Origin: Acidimicrobium ferrooxidans DSM 10331
GTDB lineage: Bacteria; Actinomycetota; Acidimicrobiia; Acidimicrobiales; Ilumatobacteraceae
DNA: 64,000 nt
NCBI GenBank assembly: GCA_945900735.1
Contig: CAMDJX010000002.1
Span: 964-64,963 of the forward strand
Reading direction: 5' to 3'
Below the pieces are notes generated by a model, which saw nothing but the letters and a program-made list of their open reading frames with translations, made no database searches and was not told the origin of the DNA. Numbering within the stretch: position 1 is the stretch's first letter; each line of letters starts with the position of its first letter. Made by a program: the position numbers and the translations under genes. Shown here in pieces: positions 9,978 to 17,506 of this stretch.

Positions 9978-9979
9978 CC

Positions 9980-11107
9980 ATGGCAACGATTACTCGCATC
10001 GAGATCACGCACCACCAGCTGCCTCTCGATCCGCCGTTTCCTGCATCGTGGGATACCCGTCCACGTACGCAGTTCCCTGCAACGATCGTGCGAGTATTTG
10101 ATGATCAAGGACGCTGCGGTGTGGGCTCCGGAGATTCGATGTATGGCTTTGCCGACTACGAGCGATATTTCATCGGTCAAGACCCGTTGGATGTTGACCG
10201 CCACGCTGCTGTTATATCCAATATCGAGTTTCATGCAGGTAGGCAGTGGCCACTCGACTTAGCCCTATGGGATCTCAAGGGAAAAATTCAGGGTGAGCCT
10301 GTGTGGAAAATGCTCGGCGGTTTCGATAACAAGATCCGCGCCTATGCATCTTCTGGTGTTCACCGCAGTATCACCGACATGGTGGACGTTGCCAAGCGTG
10401 CACGAAGCCTGGGGTTCCCCGCATTAAAGGTGCGCTTCGGCCGCCCAAAGTTGGACGACGACTTGGCAGTAGTGAAAGCCATCAGAAGCGAACTGGGCTC
10501 GAGCCTTGAGTTAATGGTGGACTGCAATCAAGGCTGGAGAATGCCGTGGGACACCGCAACGCCTTGGAACGTAGACCATGCAACATCTGTTGCAAACGTG
10601 CTGGAAGAGCATGGCGTTTACTGGATGGAAGAGCCGCTTCACCGTGGCGACTACGCGGGCATGGCCGAACTTCGCAAACGCGTTGGCATCCGCATTGCTG
10701 GTGGCGAAATGACTCGCGAGCCGTACGAGTTTCGCGAGTTGCTCGAGCGCGGTTGCTTCGATGTCTTTCAACCAGACGCCGTGTGTTCTCAGGGAATAAC
10801 CGGCCTTGCCAAACTTGCATTCGATGTGCACAAGGCCGGCAAGATTTTCACTCCGCACACCTGGGGCAACGGCATCGGCGTCATGGCCAACTTACATCTC
10901 ACTGCGGGAACTGTTGGCGCACCCTTCATCGAGTTTCCATTCGACCCACCCGAGTGGTCGACTGCTCGGCGCGACTACATTCTCACCGAGACGATTGAAG
11001 CCGATGGTGACGGATGGATTCACCTTTCGGACGAACCTGGCCTTGGCATCACTTTGAATGAAGACGTGCTGAAACAAACAGCGAGCAAACAAGCTACGTT
11101 CTCCTAA
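9980..11107 (+). CDS. Enolase-superfamily enzyme (mandelate racemase/muconate lactonizing enzyme family)
   Basis: The ATG at 9980 (MATITRIEI...) lies 2 nt after the upstream stop. Barrel-domain metal-ligand-like blocks are present: MVDCNQGW, WMEEP and VFQPD. The 9794 start in the ORF track would overlap the upstream gene and is rejected. Confidence 0.8.
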   Translation: MATITRIEITHHQLPLDPPFPASWDTRPRTQFPATIVRVFDDQGRCGVGSGDSMYGFADYERYFIGQDPLDVDRHAAVISNIEFHAGRQWPLDLALWDLKGKIQGEPVWKMLGGFDNKIRAYASSGVHRSITDMVDVAKRARSLGFPALKVRFGRPKLDDDLAVVKAIRSELGSSLELMVDCNQGWRMPWDTATPWNVDHATSVANVLEEHGVYWMEEPLHRGDYAGMAELRKRVGIRIAGGEMTREPYEFRELLERGCFDVFQPDAVCSQGITGLAKLAFDVHKAGKIFTPHTWGNGIGVMANLHLTAGTVGAPFIEFPFDPPEWSTARRDYILTETIEADGDGWIHLSDEPGLGITLNEDVLKQTASKQATFS

Positions 11108-11114
11108 GCAGTCA

Positions 11115-12854
11115 CTAAATTTTCTTCAATCGAGATGACAATTTTGTCCAACCCGATGGACACCTTGGATTCTTTGATTCAAATACTCGAATCGAATTTC
11201 GCTTCCTACAACGCACTAGGTTCATTCTTGAGGTGCTTCCCAACTTTTCGACCAAACTGCGAATCACAATCTTTGATGTGCTGTAAGTGAAACCTGTGGC
11301 TCTAAAATTGAAAACGCCGTTATCAAGATTTGAAGTTGCAACTACTGATTTTTGTGATCCATTCTCGTCATATATCGAAATCTCAACCTTTAAAACCTCA
11401 CTTTTCTTCTTTGCCCACAGACACTTTATTAGTTGCTCTGGCATCACCAATGCGTACATCCCACGATGGACAACATCAGCGGAAGCATAATGAGGCGCAA
11501 TGACATCAATATCTATTGAATTTGTCAAAGAATTCCACGACGGTAGGCCATTCTTGATTGCGAGGCCATTTGATGTAGAAAATCCGAATCCGCCACCGAC
11601 CGCACACCCATTCCAATTCACGTTCCATGGCGATTGCTGACGCAAAAAGAATTCTTCAGAGATTTGATTCGCAGTATCAAAACGGGGAATCGTTGAGACG
11701 AGAGTTCGATATAAATCAAATGCATCCGGAACGTACATATTATTCGGGTAGGCAAGTCTGTTGTGCGGCTTAAACGTTCCGCTTAAAGGTGGACATTCAC
11801 CTAATCCAAGCGATGATGGCCCACCACACCATGGCCTGCTTTCCCAGCGAGCGACCGACGCAAGAGATTGATTCAAACTATTCCATTCATCTCTTTGATT
11901 TTTATTGCTCCAATGGAATTTTGCGGAAATGCTTGGAATGCCGACTTGCGTCGCCTCAATTGTCATCACTTCGGGACGCGGTCCCGAAACGACATTGAAA
12001 GAGACGGTGGGTTCACCCAGTCCAGCACTCTTCCAAGTACCCCAACCACCCTGGAAGGACGAAGAATAAGTGTTCCGACGAATGACAATTCGAAATCGTC
12101 TAAGGATTCCATCTGACACTTTTGCCCAACACATGATGCCATCAATAGGAATACATGAATACTGATTACTGTTCACTCCTGTCCTTGGAGATCGGGCAAC
12201 TTGAGCTATCTCAATATCACCACCTGAAAAAGTAGGAATTTGATCGATTGCACGTCTCGCGAGAGGCTGGTTAGACGAACCTACTGAGCCAATACTTATA
12301 GACCCGAAGTTGTATGAAACTGGCACATCTACGAAGTATGTTTCAGTTTCTCCAGTGGGAAGCCTGAATCGAATTGCATTATCTGGAACGAACGGGCCAA
12401 GTGAAGAGATCGCTCCGTCTTGGTCGGGAATTGAGTTAATTGAACCAAAATATGTGCCAGGTATTCCCTCTCCTGACTCTAAGATCATCTCTATACTCTG
12501 AATGCAGTCAAAGCTGAGTGATTGATCGCAAATAGTAAGGGATTGGTGTACACCTATCGTCTCTGCTTCTCTACATAGGGGATCAGTAATTCCGCCAGAA
12601 CACCAACCGCTTTGAATTCCTTCTCGAGATTTAACGCCAAAAGTCATTCCAGCAGGTGAATAGAGCGAGCCTTGGGAGCTCCCCGTATTGAACTCAAACC
12701 ATCTCACAAGTTCGGTGCAATCCTGAACCGAACAATCAATCTCATTTGGCAAGTCTTCGGCTTTTACTAAATGGCTAGGAAACATTGAATCGACGGCTGA
12801 AGTGGACGCGAAAACTGAAATTGCGATCCAAAGAGAAAGTGATTTTTTTCGCAT
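11115..12854 (-). CDS. Orphan secreted Cys-rich protein of unknown function, on an AT-rich islet
   Basis: The ATG at 12854 gives MRKKSLSLWIAISVFASTSA|VDS, a classic Sec signal peptide (the track start at 12872 is TTG). It is a long uninterrupted frame in a region much more AT-rich than its flanks. It contains many Cys residues. I recognise no family motif. Confidence 0.7.
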   Translation of the reverse strand: MRKKSLSLWIAISVFASTSAVDSMFPSHLVKAEDLPNEIDCSVQDCTELVRWFEFNTGSSQGSLYSPAGMTFGVKSREGIQSGWCSGGITDPLCREAETIGVHQSLTICDQSLSFDCIQSIEMILESGEGIPGTYFGSINSIPDQDGAISSLGPFVPDNAIRFRLPTGETETYFVDVPVSYNFGSISIGSVGSSNQPLARRAIDQIPTFSGGDIEIAQVARSPRTGVNSNQYSCIPIDGIMCWAKVSDGILRRFRIVIRRNTYSSSFQGGWGTWKSAGLGEPTVSFNVVSGPRPEVMTIEATQVGIPSISAKFHWSNKNQRDEWNSLNQSLASVARWESRPWCGGPSSLGLGECPPLSGTFKPHNRLAYPNNMYVPDAFDLYRTLVSTIPRFDTANQISEEFFLRQQSPWNVNWNGCAVGGGFGFSTSNGLAIKNGLPSWNSLTNSIDIDVIAPHYASADVVHRGMYALVMPEQLIKCLWAKKKSEVLKVEISIYDENGSQKSVVATSNLDNGVFNFRATGFTYSTSKIVIRSLVEKLGSTSRMNLVRCRKRNSIRVFESKNPRCPSGWTKLSSRLKKI

Positions 12855-12931
12855 TAGATATAAATGGTACAACTAGTACCTGGAAACTGATTCACGAGGC
12901 TTTGAAATTCTTGCGCACTTTAGAAAACAAC

Positions 12932-13786
12932 CTAAATCTTCACGCGGTAGTCGTGCGTGTAGACATTGGCCTTGCCGTCGCGCAGAAACCCAACAAGCGT
13001 GATGCCGAGCACGTCGGCAGTCTGCACCGCAAGGCTTGATGGTGCGCCGACAGCTGCGATAAATGCAATGCGAGCAATCGCTGCTTTCTGGATAATTTCA
13101 AACGATAAGCGACCGCTGCAAAACAGGCCTTGACGAGTGAGCGGAACAGTCTTTGCCATCACGCTTGCGCCAATCACCTTGTCGACGGCATTGTGCCGAC
13201 CGATGTCCTCGCGAACAACCGACACTGCCCCGTCCGAGTCGAACAGTGCAGCAGCGTGCAGGCCACCAGTTCTGTCGAATGTGGGTTGTGCTGCACGAAT
13301 TGAATCAGAAATCGACATGAGTGTCTTTGCGCTGATAGTTGGCCCGCTATCGCGATCGACAGGCTCGGTTGCCTGGAGCAATTGATCTATCGATTCGGTG
13401 CCGCAGATACCGCAACTGGCCGAAGTGACCATGGCTCGCCTGGCAAGCGCCATATCAAAACCACGGGCTAGCGCAACAGTAACGATGTTGTACTTTTGCT
13501 CCTCGCCCTCCACCAGCTCGCAATACTTCACTGTTCGAACGTCATCTGGCCGAACAACTATTCCTTCGGTGTACAGAAACCCCACGGCCAACTCGTAGTC
13601 GTTGCCTGGCGTTCGCATGGTCACTGAGATTTGAACTGGCTCTTGCCCGGGCCCTTCGGCACGGATCTCCATTGGCTCTTCAGTCACTACGTAGTCGGGC
13701 TTGGTGCCCACTCGGCCCTCGCTGTTTACGGTGACCACCTTCCAGTCGGTGGACTTGCGCCGAGCTTGGGCGTTGCCAGAAGTCAT
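12932..13786 (-). CDS. fdhD: Formate dehydrogenase accessory sulfurtransferase FdhD
   Basis: 284 aa with SCGICG, GGLHAAALF and GRHNAVDKVIG motifs. Confidence 0.85.
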   Translation of the reverse strand: MTSGNAQARRKSTDWKVVTVNSEGRVGTKPDYVVTEEPMEIRAEGPGQEPVQISVTMRTPGNDYELAVGFLYTEGIVVRPDDVRTVKYCELVEGEEQKYNIVTVALARGFDMALARRAMVTSASCGICGTESIDQLLQATEPVDRDSGPTISAKTLMSISDSIRAAQPTFDRTGGLHAAALFDSDGAVSVVREDIGRHNAVDKVIGASVMAKTVPLTRQGLFCSGRLSFEIIQKAAIARIAFIAAVGAPSSLAVQTADVLGITLVGFLRDGKANVYTHDYRVKI

Positions 13787-13795
13787 TGCAACAGG

Positions 13796-14749
13796 CTAGT
13801 TGTCATCCAGAAAACCGCGCAGGTTGGCGCTGTTGTGTGGATGGCGCAAGCGTGCCAGCGTCTTTTGCTCGATCTGGCGCACGCGCTCACGAGTTACCTT
13901 CATAATTTTGGCTACGTCTTCAAGCGTGTGCGGCTGGCCAACGTACTTGCCAATACCAAACCGCATCATCACAATTTCTTGGTCGCGCTCGGGGAGGTCC
14001 TTCAGCGTTCGCTCCACTGCTTCGCCCAACTGCCTCTTCTCGGTGGATTCGATGGGGTCGTTTGTTGCATCGCTGCTGGCGATGGTGTCCCCCACTGTGA
14101 GGTCGTCGGTGTCGCTGCCAACCGGCGCATCAAGGCTGGTGGTGGTAATCGCGATCTGCATCACCTCGAGCAGCTTGTCTACGGTGAGCCCACAACGCAC
14201 TGCTACTTCTTCCGGCAGCGGGTCGCGCTCCAACTCGGAGGCCAACTCGCGCTCTACTCGATGGACTCGGTTGACAATTTCCATCATGTGTCCAGGAATG
14301 CGGATGTTGCGGCCCTGATCCGCCATCGCCCTCGACATTGCCTGGCGTATCCACCACGTTGCGTACGTAGAAAACTTAAAGCCCTTCTCAAAGTCATATT
14401 TATCGGCAGCGTGCATCAAGCCGATATTGCCTTCCTGTATCAAGTCGGCCAGTTGCAACTCCTTGCGGTCGTAACGCCGCGCTATGGACACAACCAGGCG
14501 CAGGTTGGCACGAACCATGTGCTCCTTGGCCTTTTCGCCGTCACTGATGGTTCGCTGCAGAGCTCGCCTTTCGCGAATACCAAGCGAGCCCACAGTCTCA
14601 TCAAGCTGCTTCTTGGCCTCAAGGCCATCTTTGATTTGCTTACCGAGTCGCTTTTCGTCATCGGCATTCAATAGGTCTACTTGACCTATTTCGTTGAGAT
14701 ACATGCGAACGGCATCTGGCCCCGAGTCGCTGGCAAAGGTGCTTCTCAT
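13796..14749 (-). CDS. RNA polymerase sigma-70 family factor (group 1/2-like, short N-terminus)
   Basis: 317 aa. Region 2 reads DLIQEGNIGLMHAADKYDFEKGFKFSTYATWWIRQAMSRAMADQGRNIRIP. Regions 3 and 4 are present. The start overlaps the dnaG stop as ATGA. Confidence 0.87.
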   Translation of the reverse strand: MRSTFASDSGPDAVRMYLNEIGQVDLLNADDEKRLGKQIKDGLEAKKQLDETVGSLGIRERRALQRTISDGEKAKEHMVRANLRLVVSIARRYDRKELQLADLIQEGNIGLMHAADKYDFEKGFKFSTYATWWIRQAMSRAMADQGRNIRIPGHMMEIVNRVHRVERELASELERDPLPEEVAVRCGLTVDKLLEVMQIAITTTSLDAPVGSDTDDLTVGDTIASSDATNDPIESTEKRQLGEAVERTLKDLPERDQEIVMMRFGIGKYVGQPHTLEDVAKIMKVTRERVRQIEQKTLARLRHPHNSANLRGFLDDN

Positions 14750-16491
14750 ACGTGATCCTGGAGACGAAGGTTAAGCCAGTCGAGCAATTGCGAGGCTGCC
14801 TCGTCTGCCGTAGTGGGGTTATCCAACCGTTCGAGCAGTAAGCGTGCATCTCGGTCGAGGCGGATTTGTTCTGGATCAGAAATTTTCACGCGGGCAGTGA
14901 GCTCGCGCCGCACTGCTGCCGATATGAGATTGAGCGCCTCCAACATCGGCTCAGAATCGACATCTGCCACTGCCGCGCGCTCTATTGCTTCGCGTGCCTC
15001 GGGGTCGGCCGACTCAAGAGCGGTGTTCACTACACCCTGTGTTTCGGCGAGAGCCAGGAATGCACGACGGTAGACGTCGTCTTGGAACAACGCCTCGACC
15101 ATCCATGGAGCAATATCGTCCCACTGTTGGATCAAAAGGGCAATAGCGACAAACTCGGCATTCTCTCGGCGCGACGATCGAGAGGGTGCTGCCACCGCTA
15201 CAACGGGTTTGCGGGAGCCACGCTCGGCAAGCGTCATCAAATCTGCGGCGGGAATGCCAACGTGGCTTGCCACTTCACCCGCGTACAACTTGCGAACGTT
15301 TTTATCCGGGTGCTCGTTGATGACCGACATTGCTTGCTCTGCCGTGCGCGAGCGGGCTTCTGGCGAGCTAATTGAACCCATAGAGAACACGCGTTGCAGA
15401 CGAAACCCCAAAAATGGCTTTGCATCTTTGATTGCTGCTGCCAGCCCCTCCGGGTCGGACGATGCAAGATCGCCCGGGTCTTTGCCATCTGGAAACTTCG
15501 CAACACTGACTTGCACCTTGTAACGGCTTTCCCACTCGTAGAAACGCTCGGCGGCGCCCTGCCCTGCTTTGTCTGCATCGAAAGCAAGAACAACTTTGTT
15601 GGCAAACCGCTTCAGCAATCGCACGTGCTCTTCGGTAAGTGCGGTGCCGCAAGTTGCAACCGCGCGCGTAATGCCCGAGCGATGAAAACCGATGACGTCG
15701 GTGTAGCCCTCACAAACGATCACTTCATCGGCCTTTACAACGTCGGCCTTCGCCCAATTGAGCCCGTACAAAGTTTTCGACTTCGCATAAATAGTTGTCT
15801 CGGAAGAGTTCTTATATTTTGCTGGGTCCGTGCTTCCCGGCAAGATTCGACCGCCGAATGCAACGGCCTCACCGCCGTCGGTAAAAATTGGGAACAGCAC
15901 ACGAGCGCGAAACGAGTCTTGTGGTTTACCCCGCTTGTTGACGAAGGCTAATCCGACCTCTGTAAGCAAGTCGATTGAAACTCCAATTTCTCGACTCATT
16001 GCATCCCAATCGTCTGGCGCCCATCCAATTTTGAATTGACGTGCGACGTCACCCGACAAGCCTCTTGCACGAAGGTAGTCGCGGGCCTCTCTTGCATCGG
16101 GGCCTTGCAGCAAACGATCGTGATACCAATTGACTGCGCTATCCATTACTTCAACCAACTGTTTTCGGCGCTGGCGATCCTTGCTTTGGCCACCCGTTGT
16201 GTATGTCAACTGGATACCGGCTTTACCCGCAAGCTGTTCTACAGCACCAACAAAATCCAGGTGCTCGATCTCTTGAACAAATTTGAATACGTCGCCAGCC
16301 GCGCCACAACCGAAACAGCGGTAGCGCTTCGTTTCCTCGCGCACGTTGAACGAACCAGATTTCTCTGCATGAAACGGGCAAAGCCCTACCCAGTTGCGAC
16401 CGACTCGTCTCAGTGGCATGTAACCCTGCACCACATCCACCAGCGATACGGTGTCGCGGACCCGCTCTATGTCGTCGTCAGCAATTGCCAC
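14746..16491 (-). CDS. dnaG: DNA primase
   Basis: It has the zinc ribbon CPFHAEKSGSFNV...RYRCFGCGAAGD, a TOPRIM block (VIVCEGYTDV) and a C-terminal helicase-interaction region. I prefer the GTG at 16491 (VAIADDDIERV...) because the track start at 16536 overlaps the terC stop. Confidence 0.9.
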   Translation of the reverse strand: MAIADDDIERVRDTVSLVDVVQGYMPLRRVGRNWVGLCPFHAEKSGSFNVREETKRYRCFGCGAAGDVFKFVQEIEHLDFVGAVEQLAGKAGIQLTYTTGGQSKDRQRRKQLVEVMDSAVNWYHDRLLQGPDAREARDYLRARGLSGDVARQFKIGWAPDDWDAMSREIGVSIDLLTEVGLAFVNKRGKPQDSFRARVLFPIFTDGGEAVAFGGRILPGSTDPAKYKNSSETTIYAKSKTLYGLNWAKADVVKADEVIVCEGYTDVIGFHRSGITRAVATCGTALTEEHVRLLKRFANKVVLAFDADKAGQGAAERFYEWESRYKVQVSVAKFPDGKDPGDLASSDPEGLAAAIKDAKPFLGFRLQRVFSMGSISSPEARSRTAEQAMSVINEHPDKNVRKLYAGEVASHVGIPAADLMTLAERGSRKPVVAVAAPSRSSRRENAEFVAIALLIQQWDDIAPWMVEALFQDDVYRRAFLALAETQGVVNTALESADPEAREAIERAAVADVDSEPMLEALNLISAAVRRELTARVKISDPEQIRLDRDARLLLERLDNPTTADEAASQLLDWLNLRLQDHV

Positions 16492-16501
16492 GCCCCGAAG
16501 G

Positions 16502-17467
16502 CTAGTGCTTGCGATCCTTGCGGATAGAAGCCACAATGGCCACCGTCATAGTCAGCGTGATGAAACCGAGCGACCACACTGTGGGCACGTGGTACCAGTG
16601 AGCGATCGTCATCTTGATGCCCACATAGATGAGGAGCACCGAAATGGCGGGCTTCAGGTAGACGAACCTGTCCTTGATGTCGGCAAACAGGAAGTACAAC
16701 GCGCGAAGGCCCATGATCGCAAACGCGTTGGCGGCGAAAACAATGAATTGCTCGTTGCTCACGGCGAGCACTGCTGGCACCGAGTCGATTGCAAAGACGA
16801 GGTCGGATATCTCGATGACCACCAACACGGCCAATAGCGGCGTGGCGAGACGCTTGCCGTTCTTTTTCGTGAACAGCTTCTGGCCGTCGAGTTCGTCGGT
16901 AGTCGGTACAAACCGATGGAATAACCGCATCGTGCGAGTGTCGGAAGGGTTGGCATCATCTTCACCGCCATGGCGAAATACGCCAACGCCCGTGTAGATC
17001 AGGAACAAACCAAAACCAATCAACACATAGTCGAATCGTTCGATAATGGCGACACCCAACACGATGAATATGAAGCGCATAATCAACGCGCCGAAAATAC
17101 CCCAGAACAACGTGCGGTGCTGATACTGGCGCGGCACTTTGAAGTGGGTGAAGATCATTGCCCAAACGAAGACGTTGTCGACGCTGAGACTCTTTTCAAT
17201 GAGATAGCCGCTGATGTATTCGACTGCAGCTGCGCGCTCAAACATCCACCAAATAACAAAAGTAAAACCGACACCGATGCCAACCCATACGGCCGATTCG
17301 ATGGCTGCTTCTTTTACGTGCGCAACGTGCGGTCGACGATGGACAACCAAGATATCGAACAACAACAGTGCGCCGATAACTCCAAGCAACATGTACCATC
17401 CCCACGGGGGAACGGTGATATCTACGAAATTATCTCTTCCACTACCTGCTGCTACAAGATTGAACAT
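16502..17467 (-). CDS. TerC family integral membrane protein
   Basis: 321 aa and polytopic. The YLIEKSLSVDNVFVW block and a repeated DSVPAV-type motif are typical of TerC. Confidence 0.85.
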   Translation of the reverse strand: MFNLVAAGSGRDNFVDITVPPWGWYMLLGVIGALLLFDILVVHRRPHVAHVKEAAIESAVWVGIGVGFTFVIWWMFERAAAVEYISGYLIEKSLSVDNVFVWAMIFTHFKVPRQYQHRTLFWGIFGALIMRFIFIVLGVAIIERFDYVLIGFGLFLIYTGVGVFRHGGEDDANPSDTRTMRLFHRFVPTTDELDGQKLFTKKNGKRLATPLLAVLVVIEISDLVFAIDSVPAVLAVSNEQFIVFAANAFAIMGLRALYFLFADIKDRFVYLKPAISVLLIYVGIKMTIAHWYHVPTVWSLGFITLTMTVAIVASIRKDRKH

Positions 17468-17506
17468 GTTGAAATTGCCAAGACCTTTCGGGTGTTGAAC
17501 CGACTC

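Noticed and set aside
9794-9979. N-terminal extension of the enolase-superfamily ORF in the six-frame track
   Set aside because: It overlaps the 3' end of the upstream dehydrogenase in another frame and translates to Arg/His-rich sequence. The ATG at 9980 directly precedes the conserved N-terminal capping domain.
13631-14674. 347-aa plus-strand ORF
   Set aside because: It lies entirely antisense to the well-supported sigma-70 gene. Its composition is Leu/Ala/Val/His-rich and low-complexity, typical of shadow frames, and it has no motif.
16492-16501. Single GCCCCGAAGG arm between terC and dnaG, resembling the operon hairpin arms
   Set aside because: There is no complementary TCGGGGC partner nearby. 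It is likely just the dnaG ribosome-binding region.
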